Virus record (IMG/VR): IMGVR_UViG_3300020044_001239
Span: 1-34,894 of that record
Direction: 5' to 3' (one strand)
Origin: a virus
Taxonomy: Duplodnaviria; Caudoviricetes
DNA length: 34,894 nt
This document shows, piece by piece, positions 1 through 10,600 of the stretch. Every line of letters starts with the position of its first letter. Within the stretch, counting starts at the first letter, position 1. Below the pieces are notes generated by a model that saw only the letters and a list, made by a program, of their open reading frames with translations, had not been told where the DNA came from and did no database searches. The position numbers and the translations under genes are program-made.

Positions 1-84
1 GCAGGTAAAGAGTGGCAACGAGGATTTGATCGTGGCTACTTTGATAACATTGAAAGACTCAATGGCTACCAAGCGGTTCGATAA
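1..84 (+). CDS. 3' end of a small hypothetical phage protein (partial)
   Basis: Frame 1 is open from base 1 to TAA at 82-84 (AGKEWQRGFDRGYFDNIERLNGYQAVR*). It overlaps the ATG at 62 of the next gene. Not in the ORF track. Confidence 0.55.
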   Translation, partial: AGKEWQRGFDRGYFDNIERLNGYQAVR

Positions 85-520
85 AGAACTTCACGACACC
101 TACGACAAGTTTGGAAGAGATATAGTTAAGAGCTATGTCTCTTCTTTTTGGGGTATGGAAGCTAGAGATAATCCTGACAGGTATGGGATTGATCTGCATC
201 TGTACAAAGACGACTTGTTGGTGGGGTATGCTGAGGTAGAAGTCAGACTGTCATGGAAAACTGTAGAGTTTCCCTATGAAGATTTGAATGTACCTAACAG
301 GAAAAAGAAGTTGTTAACACAGGACATGTTAACATACTTCTTTTCTGTTAATAAGGACGGGACAGCCTTGTTCCATTGCGAAGCTGCTACTGTGTTAGCT
401 TCAGAAGTTAAAGAGTCTAGAAATAAATATGTCTACCAAGGAGAACTCTTTTACAAGGTTCCTCTTGATAGACTATCTTATGTAGTATTACCTACGACTT
501 GCGAGGCCACCCTTAGCTAA
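62..520 (+). CDS. PD-(D/E)XK-like nuclease-fold protein (putative)
   Basis: ORF 26..520; the ATG at 62 is preferred over the TTG at 26. Motif spacing YGIDL...YAEVEVR resembles a restriction-endonuclease-like fold. It is the only well-supported complete plus-strand gene. Confidence 0.55.
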   Translation: MATKRFDKELHDTYDKFGRDIVKSYVSSFWGMEARDNPDRYGIDLHLYKDDLLVGYAEVEVRLSWKTVEFPYEDLNVPNRKKKLLTQDMLTYFFSVNKDGTALFHCEAATVLASEVKESRNKYVYQGELFYKVPLDRLSYVVLPTTCEATLS

Positions 521-3500
521 GCCAATTCTTTTCTTGTTCTCTTTATCTCTGTAGTCTCCACCTACCAAGTCTCTAATAGCATCTACTGCTTTAGTCTCAC
601 CTTTAACGGCAGCAGACATCTCAGCATTGGGACTACTTGAATCCACAGTGCTTTTACGCAACACATTAAATTGTTGTTCTAAAACTCTTAGAGCCTCAGC
701 TTTGTCTTTACTTCCTACCTTTTCCAAAGTGGAAATAACATCAGGTATAAACTTACCTAAATCAAAGTTTCTTACAAGCGAAGGTCTAGCAAGTCTACCT
801 AGTCTAGAAGCTGTGGATTGATTGCTGCTTGTGATAGGTGTGTATCCTGCTTCCATAGCAGCTTTACCACCAGTCTCTCTAAACTCATTTCTAACAATAC
901 CACGAATAAGACGATAGGCTTTCAAAGCTTGTACTTCTTCACTACCTAAACCACCTTCTTTAATAGGCTTTAAAGATTCTGGGGATAAGAAACTTCTTTT
1001 AAGCTCTTGCAATCTATCCAAAGAGTTATTAAAGATATCTTCTTGTTGGTTAAACAAAGGAGTTTTCTTCTCTGTCTCATACATGTTTCTAGAGATAGCA
1101 AGCTTTTCACTTTCTGTAAAAGCATCTTCAGACTCCTTCATACCAATAGATCTAGGAAGACCTAGAGGACGGGCCACTGTAGGAGATCCTGTAATAGATC
1201 TTGCAATGGTGTTCATGTCCCCCATATCCTCTACTCCTACTTTTTTCTTATACTGATCTCTAGACATATTGATTCGTCTAAATTCATAATCAGCATATGG
1301 GATAGTTGTTTGAACAATGTTCTCAGGATTTGTTCCACCAAAACTTGAGTTGGCATAATTGAAACGAGCATCAGAAGTAAAAGATGTTGCCCCTACTTTT
1401 AATTCTCTCTGTCCGGCTTGATCTTCTGGAAGTGTTTGAGGATCAAAGAAACCTTTAGTTGCTCTCTCTTCTGCGTTATATGGTGTACCATGATAGAGCA
1501 CCTTAGGAGGTCTGTCTTTATATTTCTCTCTAAGCTTGTTTAACTTATCTTGTAAAGGCATAGAGAAAGAAACAAAATCTTCTACAGATTTTGGATCATT
1601 AACATCCACCTCTTTACCTTTGGCTGCTCTATATTCCCCCTGAGCTACAGCAATAACATCATCTTCAACTTTACCTGCCACATTAGGCATCTCAATCAGC
1701 TTATCAAAAGCATCTGTCCTCATTTGCTTAATAGCAGTCAATGTATTCTGTCTAACCTCAAAATCTGAAATGATGTCTGAATCTTTGCTGAAGCCATATT
1801 TGGATTTATTTAAATCGCTCTCAGCTATGCCTTTCATATAAGGAGTCATAGGAGCAGGTGCTTCCATAGGAAGTTCTGTCTTAATCTCTGGCAACACCTC
1901 AGGCTCTACTTTAGGTGGTGGAGTGAATGAAGCTTCAGCTTCTGTTACCAGCTTCTCCATCTCTGCATCCACAGGCTTAGGCTGAGAGACAGGAGCACTA
2001 GCCTTACTCTTAACTTTAGGAAGAGCTTGTGTTGTTTGAACACCTGTCTCTGCTTTGTTAAGAGCACCTTCTACAGCATTGTTAATTTCATTGGCAATCA
2101 TTCCCTCAGGATTCTTAACTTTTCTAATAAGATCAAGCATTCCTTCAGCACCTGTTGCTGCAGCCTTAGCACCTGCTTTAATAATCTTTCCAGCAACCAC
2201 ACCTCCAGTAGCAAACCTAAGATCTTTAATCTTCCCTGAATACTCAGGTACTTTCATGTAATCATTGGCTTCTTCCAGTGTCTTACCATCGTGCTCAGCA
2301 GAATATCTATTGTTAATAATCTTACGAGTATCTTCAGGAAGTTTATTAAACTTCATCTTGTATACACGATTTAAATCTTCCTGCATAAACTGTGCTTCTG
2401 TAAGCTTTCTAGCCACAGGAAGTATTGCTGTAACGCTATCTTCAATAGCTTTCTTCTGTTCAATGTCAGGCAGGGATTGATAGCGAGGGCTTAACATAGC
2501 TCTTTGGATGGTAGCAATCACCAATGGATTAGCTGCTTCTACATAAGCCCTATCATATTCTTTATCACCCGATGGCTGACCAAACAGTTTATATGTATCA
2601 ACACCTAGATAGACTAGTTCAGTTTCTTCTGGTGTCTTCTGTGGTGTGATTCGAATACCAACTAAGTTGTTAAAAAATTCACCTTCTCTGTATATTGGAC
2701 CTTCTCTAACACGGGGAATAGTTTCTGGTAGGCTTTCTTTTAGCACAGGAAGTTTAGATTGAACTCTGTTCTTAGCGGCTTCTAATATTCTATCTGCTGG
2801 CTTTTCTGATGTAAGTACATTAGGATCTCTAGCAATAGAGCCACCCTCACGAATTAAATCAACAAAGTTAAAGATGTCTTTAACAATGGAGGGTGATGTA
2901 AACCTAGCACCAAAATCACCAATCACTTTACCAGTCTTATCAGCCCATTTCTCTACATCCCTCTCAGAAGAAAGAGCAGAGATGAGCTGATCCATGAATT
3001 GATTCTGTGTACCTGCTGGCATCTTTATACCAACAACAGCTTCAAAAGCATCACCAGTCTTTGCAGATAGTCCACGCTTTTGCTTCACCAATACATCAGC
3101 AACAGCTAAGTATGGACCAATAGGAAAGATGCCACGCATGTCTACAGTTGAGCCATCGTCTTTCTTGTAGTTGTTCCACTCAACATCTTGATTGCGTTCA
3201 CGATAGTCAATGGCAGCAAGCAATGCTGATGTACCTACAATGCCTTTAGCAATATTCTCTTGGCCTGTTCTGATAAGACTAGCACCACCCGCATCACCAT
3301 TGGCTAACATCTTAGAGCCTCTGAGTACATCCTCTGCACCAGACAGGCCACCTAAGGGGCTGTAGCGATACTGGAAGGCCATAGCATTGGTCATGAAGCG
3401 AGGGAAGGTAACAAACAAACTACCTCCGGGAATCTCTGCAGCCTTAACAAAGTAGTTGCCTAATTTTTCAGCACCTGCTTCCACTGTTTTGATGCCACCC

Positions 3501-5551
3501 TTAGGTATCTTAGGTGTGTAAGAGAAGGTAGCTTTCAATGTATCGTCTGCTGCTTCTTTAAGAATGTCAGCAGGAATCACCTTACCTTGATCGATAAGCT
3601 GATACATATCTAAACCAACCCCTCTAAGTTTCTTCTCTACAGCATTAGCAAAGATGGCCTTCCTAAAGAAAGCATCCTGTGCCACGTTAAGAGCGTTAGC
3701 CATACGAGCAACTTTGGACAGGTCTGTAGAGTCTTCTTGCATAGCAGAAAGAATGCTACTTCTGATGGATGGGTTATGCTCTAACAACTTGTCTGTAACT
3801 TCAGAGGCCAAGTCATTCTTACGGAGGTAGCCCCATGTACCAAAAGCATTATCAATGGTATCTCCAATGCTGGTTGTTAGTGTAGAGAATCTAGCACCCT
3901 TAGCTTCTGGTGATAGCGTCTTACCCACTGTCATTAATGCACCTTCAATAACAGAAGCGGCTGAATTAAATGTAAGTCCAACACCAGTACCCATGATGTT
4001 ACGAACAGTGGTTCCAATACCACTAACAATGAGGGCTTTACTTTCTCTCTCTACTCTATTGAATGCACCACCTAAGTAGCCAAGAGCAGATGTGTATTCA
4101 TCAGGCTTGCTATACAAAGCATCCACTTGCTTAGCAACATCAGGGTCAATTTGACGCAGACGATTCAGTGTCTTAGATGCTGTGGAATATTGCTGCATGA
4201 TTTGAGCAGCCTGTGTAACTGTCACTCTGTTAGCTTGGGCAAACTGTTCAGGACTAAGTCCTTCTTTTCTAATGGCTTGCTCTAACAGGGTGTCATCAAT
4301 AAGTCCTTGATCCATAGCAGAGAACACCTCAGCAATGGCTGTACTGGTCTTCTGTCCTGCTTTAACTTTGTAGGTAGGATCGTTCTCAATCACATTCATA
4401 GCCACACGAATGGCTCTCTGTGACAAGTCTCTACGAATGGCTGGCTCTACCAGAGCAGCAGCAGGAGAGATTTGATCTAATACTTTAGCACCTTCTTGCT
4501 TCATGAATTGCTCAGCAAGCATATCCATGTTCTCATCCACAGGTGTTAACAATGCAGACTCCACCTTAGTGGGTGGTGCTGTAGGATTTGTTGGTGTTTT
4601 CTCTCTAGACTTCTTAAGCAAGTCTTCAAACTGTTGCTTACCTGTCTTACCAAATTTAGCAGCAGCACCTTTGGCTTCTAAGTAACCACCACCACCACTC
4701 ATGACAGCACCCAAGATAATCTGTGGTGCATTTAGTTCTTCAACTTCTTTACCAATGCTACGATTAACTTCCTGATCAAGGCGTTGGCTAACAATGTTTT
4801 GACCAGCACCAGAGGTAGCTTCAAGGCCAGTGACTGCAGCAGTTACCTTGCCCTGTGTAGGCTTGAGCATAGAAGCTATCTTGCCTGTGGTAGCAGTGCC
4901 AGCAGCTACCTGTGCAGCTTCTTTAGCCACTGCTCCTTTAACAACTTGTTGACCCATCTTACCTGCACCAAAACCTAAATAGGTTAGTGGGTCTGTGGCA
5001 ATGGATGTTAATGCATTCCAATAAGGAACTAAAGCATCAGAGGTTCCATACCCTTGACCACCGGGCTGGAACACACTTCTTGTTTGTTTATATAGTTCTC
5101 TACCAAGACCCAGTGTCTGAGCATCCTCAGCCTTAGCATTACGGATTCTATTCAGTTCAGGAAGAGCACCAGTGAAAGTGTTGAATTCAACATCCCTCAT
5201 TGTTGCCATGTACTTCTTAACAAAGTCTTCGTCTGATTGACCCTTCTCAGGTTCAATGTTACGACTAACTTTCATGTAGTCTTTAACTACACCGAATAGT
5301 TCTGGATTTTTATACAACTCTTCAAAAGGAATCTTCTCTTCAATTCCTTTCTTAGTTGCTTCCTCAATCTTTGCCTTGCTAGGCATGAGGGGTTTGGTGA
5401 TGATGGCGGGTTTCTCTGCAGCCTTAAGCTCAGCTTCTGTAGGCGGCTTAACAACAGCAGCCTCCATTTGTTGAGGCGTTTGCTTTGGAATTAAATCATC
5501 AAACATACCACCACTAGATTTAGTGGGGATTAAGTCATCAAACATTCCCAT
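488..5551 (-). CDS. Large internal virion/ejection protein (1687 aa) with a C-terminal ADP-ribosyltransferase-like module
   Basis: Last and largest gene of the structural arm. It has N-terminal MFDDLIP repeats, a Gly/Ala hydrophobic segment and a helical body. The C-terminal part carries LYHGT / SFTSD / ESE motifs. Position corresponds to T7 gp16-like proteins. Confidence 0.7.
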   Translation of the reverse strand: MGMFDDLIPTKSSGGMFDDLIPKQTPQQMEAAVVKPPTEAELKAAEKPAIITKPLMPSKAKIEEATKKGIEEKIPFEELYKNPELFGVVKDYMKVSRNIEPEKGQSDEDFVKKYMATMRDVEFNTFTGALPELNRIRNAKAEDAQTLGLGRELYKQTRSVFQPGGQGYGTSDALVPYWNALTSIATDPLTYLGFGAGKMGQQVVKGAVAKEAAQVAAGTATTGKIASMLKPTQGKVTAAVTGLEATSGAGQNIVSQRLDQEVNRSIGKEVEELNAPQIILGAVMSGGGGYLEAKGAAAKFGKTGKQQFEDLLKKSREKTPTNPTAPPTKVESALLTPVDENMDMLAEQFMKQEGAKVLDQISPAAALVEPAIRRDLSQRAIRVAMNVIENDPTYKVKAGQKTSTAIAEVFSAMDQGLIDDTLLEQAIRKEGLSPEQFAQANRVTVTQAAQIMQQYSTASKTLNRLRQIDPDVAKQVDALYSKPDEYTSALGYLGGAFNRVERESKALIVSGIGTTVRNIMGTGVGLTFNSAASVIEGALMTVGKTLSPEAKGARFSTLTTSIGDTIDNAFGTWGYLRKNDLASEVTDKLLEHNPSIRSSILSAMQEDSTDLSKVARMANALNVAQDAFFRKAIFANAVEKKLRGVGLDMYQLIDQGKVIPADILKEAADDTLKATFSYTPKIPKGGIKTVEAGAEKLGNYFVKAAEIPGGSLFVTFPRFMTNAMAFQYRYSPLGGLSGAEDVLRGSKMLANGDAGGASLIRTGQENIAKGIVGTSALLAAIDYRERNQDVEWNNYKKDDGSTVDMRGIFPIGPYLAVADVLVKQKRGLSAKTGDAFEAVVGIKMPAGTQNQFMDQLISALSSERDVEKWADKTGKVIGDFGARFTSPSIVKDIFNFVDLIREGGSIARDPNVLTSEKPADRILEAAKNRVQSKLPVLKESLPETIPRVREGPIYREGEFFNNLVGIRITPQKTPEETELVYLGVDTYKLFGQPSGDKEYDRAYVEAANPLVIATIQRAMLSPRYQSLPDIEQKKAIEDSVTAILPVARKLTEAQFMQEDLNRVYKMKFNKLPEDTRKIINNRYSAEHDGKTLEEANDYMKVPEYSGKIKDLRFATGGVVAGKIIKAGAKAAATGAEGMLDLIRKVKNPEGMIANEINNAVEGALNKAETGVQTTQALPKVKSKASAPVSQPKPVDAEMEKLVTEAEASFTPPPKVEPEVLPEIKTELPMEAPAPMTPYMKGIAESDLNKSKYGFSKDSDIISDFEVRQNTLTAIKQMRTDAFDKLIEMPNVAGKVEDDVIAVAQGEYRAAKGKEVDVNDPKSVEDFVSFSMPLQDKLNKLREKYKDRPPKVLYHGTPYNAEERATKGFFDPQTLPEDQAGQRELKVGATSFTSDARFNYANSSFGGTNPENIVQTTIPYADYEFRRINMSRDQYKKKVGVEDMGDMNTIARSITGSPTVARPLGLPRSIGMKESEDAFTESEKLAISRNMYETEKKTPLFNQQEDIFNNSLDRLQELKRSFLSPESLKPIKEGGLGSEEVQALKAYRLIRGIVRNEFRETGGKAAMEAGYTPITSSNQSTASRLGRLARPSLVRNFDLGKFIPDVISTLEKVGSKDKAEALRVLEQQFNVLRKSTVDSSSPNAEMSAAVKGETKAVDAIRDLVGGDYRDKENKKRIGLAKGGLASRR

Positions 5552-6967
5552 TTAGAGGTCCTCACCATATGTGTCTTTAAATCGTTTAGCTACTGCCTTA
5601 GCGTCTGCTTTATTAGCAATAGCTGCATTAGCTTGTGCTCTAGCTGTTGCTTTATCAATAGGTGCTACTTCTGGAGTGTTAAATCTAGAGGGCATTGCAG
5701 GTGCTGTATTAGCCATAGGTCCACCACCTCTGCCAGTTCTTGGTGCTGGTGTTTTAGGTGTTTCCTCAGAAGGATAGTCAATCTTAGGAGCGTATGCCTT
5801 ACCATCCTGATCAAACTGTACACCAATAGAGGCCAAAGCAATTTGGTCTTGTTGTGACTTTGGTCTACCATTCTGGTCTGTACCAATAGCAATGGCTGCT
5901 TCTCTACCTGCTGTCTTACCCTTAGCAAACTTAACAGACTGTCCCAACTCTTTAACTTCAATATCACCCTGAGCATTCAAGATGAAAGTGCCGGGTGGTA
6001 AATAGTTTTCAATGGTAGAGTTAACAATACCTTTGTATGCAGTGAGCTTATTACCAGTAGTAATCTTCTCACCTTCTGACAATTTCTTAAGAGATGGGTT
6101 AGCCCAGATTTCTTGCATCCCTCTAATCTCTCTAGTCAGTCTAGCCTTCTCTTTAGGATCAGTAGAATTCATAATTCTCTGTGAATAATCAAGCTCTGTA
6201 TCTTGCTGTGTCTTCTTCTCATTCTTACCAAGTGTGTCCATTGCCAACACAACAGCTAGATTTTTAGACGCAGCTAATTGCTGATCATCTGTTCCACCTT
6301 GCTTTGCTTGTGTCAAAGTGACAAGAGCTTTATCTTTAAGATCTTTAAACTCTGGTGTCTTCTGCAACTTAGCATAATCCACTTCTAACAAAGTAGGAAG
6401 TGATGGTGCATTCTTAGCAGCACCCACAGAATAAAGTTCTTCTGCTGTCACTCCATATCTAGAAGCAGCATTCCTAATCTTCTTAACATTATCACCAAAG
6501 ATCATCTTGTTAAGGAAACCATCTTCTTTAGTACCAGCAGCTTGATTAAGTTGTGCAGCACTCATCCTAGCTGTCTTACCATAGGTATCGATGTAATCGT
6601 TAAGAGTCATTCCCTCTGGAATCTTACTAGAAGCTTTAATAAAATCTTTAGATAGAGTTTGTAAGCGTTCTGGATTCTCTAAAACTATTTTAGATATTTG
6701 TTTTGCTAGTGGAACATTGGTAGCAAGAGCAATCAGTTCACTATCGTTCAATGTACCATCTTGAAACTTAATAGAACGAAGAGGATCAACAACCTCTTTC
6801 ATTTCAATTTTCTTTTTCTCTACTTCTTTTCTATACTCTTGATAGTTATGATACATACTCTTAACACTATCATTAATCTGAGCAGTGTTAAGTTTCTCCA
6901 TCTCTTCGATGGATTCACCTGCACCTTTGGCTACACCACCAACAAAAGAACCAAGTCTAAATCCCAT
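5552..6967 (-). CDS. Internal virion/ejection protein (471 aa)
   Basis: Amphipathic Gly-rich N-terminus (MGFRLGSFVGGVAKGAG) followed by a helical/coiled-coil body. It abuts the 1687-aa gene (TAAATG), in a typical podovirus ejectosome position. Confidence 0.6.
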   Translation of the reverse strand: MGFRLGSFVGGVAKGAGESIEEMEKLNTAQINDSVKSMYHNYQEYRKEVEKKKIEMKEVVDPLRSIKFQDGTLNDSELIALATNVPLAKQISKIVLENPERLQTLSKDFIKASSKIPEGMTLNDYIDTYGKTARMSAAQLNQAAGTKEDGFLNKMIFGDNVKKIRNAASRYGVTAEELYSVGAAKNAPSLPTLLEVDYAKLQKTPEFKDLKDKALVTLTQAKQGGTDDQQLAASKNLAVVLAMDTLGKNEKKTQQDTELDYSQRIMNSTDPKEKARLTREIRGMQEIWANPSLKKLSEGEKITTGNKLTAYKGIVNSTIENYLPPGTFILNAQGDIEVKELGQSVKFAKGKTAGREAAIAIGTDQNGRPKSQQDQIALASIGVQFDQDGKAYAPKIDYPSEETPKTPAPRTGRGGGPMANTAPAMPSRFNTPEVAPIDKATARAQANAAIANKADAKAVAKRFKDTYGEDL

Positions 6968-7437
6968 TATGCTTCTCCTTTAGCCATTAAACCCTTACGC
7001 TCAATCTTAGCTTCAGGATTTGTTTCTACTTTTTTCTTGGCTTCATTAATAAGTTCTCTAATAATTAGAGGAGACACTCTATCTTCTTTACCCACATCTT
7101 CAGCAGTCATATGATATGGAATATTGTTAAGTTCAGCAAGTGTCTTAATAATTTCTGCAATAATAGGAGTGACTAAGAAACCAGTATCAACAGTGTGATA
7201 TCCCTTCATCAATCCCATCTTAACCATGCTGTTACAAATAGAAACAACTGGAATATTTTTTTCTAATAAGCCCATCAATTCATGAATGGCTTCAGGGTTG
7301 TTCATCTTGTCTGAATAGAAAGCAGCAACCTCATCAATAGTTATATATTGAGGGGGCTGTTCCCAAGGAAAACTACCCGGCTCAGCCGTTAAAGACTCAC
7401 CGGGAATAGGTGCTGTTAAATATGGATTACTTGCCAT
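6967..7437 (-). CDS. Hypothetical virion-module protein (156 aa)
   Basis: Overlaps both neighbours. N-terminus APIPGESLT..PGSFPWEQPPQY; function unknown. Confidence 0.7.
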   Translation of the reverse strand: MASNPYLTAPIPGESLTAEPGSFPWEQPPQYITIDEVAAFYSDKMNNPEAIHELMGLLEKNIPVVSICNSMVKMGLMKGYHTVDTGFLVTPIIAEIIKTLAELNNIPYHMTAEDVGKEDRVSPLIIRELINEAKKKVETNPEAKIERKGLMAKGEA

Positions 7438-7636
7438 TCATCAACTCCTCTTTTTGTTTTCTAATGGCTGCAATGTAGTTTGATACTTTACCAAATACAT
7501 CTGAAGATTTATCTTGAATAGAAATTTTATCTATTGGTTTAGATAACAATCCATTGCCAGTGTCTTTCTTTGGTTTAGATAGTTTGGAATTAGCCATACC
7601 ATCCACCTTAGCATAATAGTTTTTAAAGTTTTTCAT
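7427..7636 (-). CDS. Small basic hypothetical protein (69 aa)
   Basis: ATGA overlap with the 1008-aa gene and an 11-nt overlap with the next gene. Lys-rich. Confidence 0.65.
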   Translation of the reverse strand: MKNFKNYYAKVDGMANSKLSKPKKDTGNGLLSKPIDKISIQDKSSDVFGKVSNYIAAIRKQKEELMNGK

Positions 7637-10600
7637 GGTTTAATTAGTCCACCTGTTGCAACACCAACCAACACTCTGCCTACAAAGCTACCTAAAGCTG
7701 TTGAGCTTTCTGCATCTGCTTTAATGTTAGCACCAGCAATAGCAGCAGCAGCCCTTATCTCTTCAGCAGCAAGAGTGGTTGCTCTGTTAGCATCGTTCTC
7801 GGCAGAGGTCCAAGCGTGTGATACTGAATCACGATACATCTGTATCTCATTATTATATTCTGAAAGCGTCATCTGCTGTGCAAGTTGAGCATTCTGAATG
7901 TTAATTGAATTAATTGCACCGCTATTAATAGTAGCTATATCTCTTTGCCATTGAGCATTAGACTGATCAATTAACAATCTTTGTTGTGCATTAAATTGTT
8001 CTCTTTGATTTTGTACTTCAGCATTAAACTTCTTAACAGAGTTTGCTTGGTCAACTTTAAATTGTTCCATAGCATTGCTCTGTGCTGCATTAAATTGACT
8101 AACTTGTGATGTTAGACCAGCAAAGAATTGGTTTGTTTGATTTGTACTAGTAGCATTAAATTGCTTTGCTGCATTTTCAGCAGCAGTATCACTAAGAATA
8201 GTCTGTGCTTTTAGTTGTGTTTGAAGAATAGTTGATTGTTGTTCATAAGACAGGTTTGTTAAATCCATCTGCAAAGCAGATTGAGCATTAGCAACAGCAG
8301 CTTGTTGTCTGTTATTTAAATTAGCTGTCTCAAGAGTGGCTGTCTGTGCAAGCTCAGCCATGAAAGCAGCTTGTCTGCTATTAAGGTTGGCTAAGTCAAC
8401 AGACTGAGCAAGACGGGCATTCTCTAAAGCCACCTGTTGTTTAGCATTAAAGTTCATGTTGGCTATGTCAGCAACACGAGCAGCATTAACAACACGGGTC
8501 TGGAAGTTCTGATCAAACTCTTGACCTAAGAATGTAGCTCTTTGTTGTGCAGTTAGAACAGCCATCTGTTGTCTATTAGACAAATTCTGTGTAGCCATTT
8601 GTTGATACACAGCAGCATCAGCAGAAGCAATAGGCAAAGCTTTTTCTAAAGCAGCTTGTACTAAAGCAGCACCAGCCATACTAGAAGCACCAAGACCTCT
8701 AGCAGCCATCTCTGCTGTCACAGAACGCAGAGCACCAGCAGCCCAAGGCGGTGGATTCTTAGCATCAAAATCTTTAGTGAGTTTAGTAAGCTGACCTTGT
8801 ACAGTCATGTCTGCAGTAACTGTACCAGTTTCTGCTACATTCAATGCCATTGCTTTATCAATGGCAGTTTGGTCTACAGCACTACCAGCAACTTTCTCAG
8901 CTTCTGTTATTTTTCTTTCATCTACAGTGCCTACTTTTTGAGCAGTGGCAATTTGTTCTGCTCTTCCAGCAGCACCAGCAAGTTCTGTTGTTGCTAGTTC
9001 TTCTGCTTTTACTTTAGCTGCTTCAGACACAGTTCCTGAAGCAGGAAGAAACTTACTAAGTGCATCATTTAAAGATGTAAGGGCAGAAGAGGCTGTATAA
9101 GTTTCTGCAGTTATTGGCTTTACATCCGCTGCTAATACAGCAGAAGCAGGAGTAGTTCCTGTAATAGTTTGTGCAGCACCAGCTCTATTGGTAGTGCTGA
9201 TGTCTTGTATACCTTGTGCTACTATTTTTGATGGGGCTATTTGAGAAGCAGCAGCAGCTTGTGGTGTTCCACCTATTGGCGTATAAGTAACATCACCACC
9301 ACCAGTAACTTTACCTGCAGCAGCAGCATCGGCAGCAGCCTTGTCAGCAGCAGCTTTAGCATCTGCAATAGCTTTAGCAGCAGCTTCATTAGCTGCTCTA
9401 ACAGCAGCAGCCGCTGCCATGAAGGAAGCATTAGTAGCATCTGTCGCAGCTTTAGCAGCGGCAGCATCTGATGCAGCTTTTGCAGCGGCAGCAGCAGCAA
9501 CTGCTGAAGCATCAGAGGCAGCCTTGGTAGCAGCAGCAGCATCGGCAGCGAGTTTATCAGCAGCAGCCTTTTGTGCTACTGTGGTTGCAGCATCTTGTGC
9601 AGCTTTAGCAGCGGCAGCGTCAGCAGCAGCTTTATCGGTAGCAGCTTTCGCAGCAGCAGCGGCTCTATCTGCTGCAGCTTTATCAGAAGCAGCCTTAGCA
9701 GCAGCAGCTTCTGCAGCAGCTTTTTCAGCGGCAGCTTTATCAGCAGCAGCTTTTGCTGAAGCAGCGTCAGCAGCAGCTTTATCTGCAGCAGCTTTGTCTG
9801 CAGCAGCCTTCTCAGCAGCAGCCTTCTCAGCAGCAGCTTTGTCTGCTGCTATCTTGGCAGCAGCCGCAGTAAAAGAAGCATTGGCATCAATAGGTGCAGC
9901 AGCAGCATCATATCTCTCTTGTACAGCCACCAGTCCAGATCCTGTAGCTCTTGCTAAGTCTGCTGCACTAACACCATACTTATCCATCTCTGCTCTTACA
10001 GCAACATCAGACAATCCATTTGCTGCTGCTGTTTTGTAAGCATCTAAAATGTTCTTATCGTATTGTTCTTTTGTAATGCCGTTGTTTACAGCCCAAGTAA
10101 GACCAGCAGAAGCAGGGGCTGCTGCAATGTTAGCAGCATTAATATTCTGAGCAGCAGCAGAGAATGAAGCATTAGTAGCAGCAACTTGATCAGCAGCGGC
10201 TTTATCTGCAGCAGCTTTGTCTGCTGTAAGTTTAGCGGCAGCAGCAGAGAAGGAAGCACTGGCATCTATAGGAGCAGCAGGTATTGCTGCATATCTATTA
10301 GCAATGTCAGCAGCAGTGGTTTCATTAGCACCAATGGCTTTAGCAAACTGATCAGGTGTCACCTTAAACTGATCCATTGTTGCTTTAATTTGAGTGTCAG
10401 ATAGTTGTTGATTTACTGGGTTGTTCCACCAGTCAGCTATCTGTGCATCTGTAACAACACCGCCATCAGCGTACTTCTTACGCTTCATCTTAACGAGTCC
10501 ACCTTTAGCCATACGCTCAATAAACTTACCAGCGATGGTGGCATACTTCATTTCTAATGCGGGATTAGACGAGATGAATTCATCGAAGCCTTGCATTGGG

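Noticed and set aside
9315-9905. Repeat tract as a possible CRISPR array or VNTR element
   Set aside because: The units are degenerate in-frame codon repeats with no unique spacers.
9341-10039. 232-aa plus-strand Ala-rich ORF (and similar antisense ORFs at 20118-20951, 26437-26919, 33464-34162)
   Set aside because: These are antisense shadows of GCT/GCA-rich minus-strand genes, with no supporting RBS or domain.
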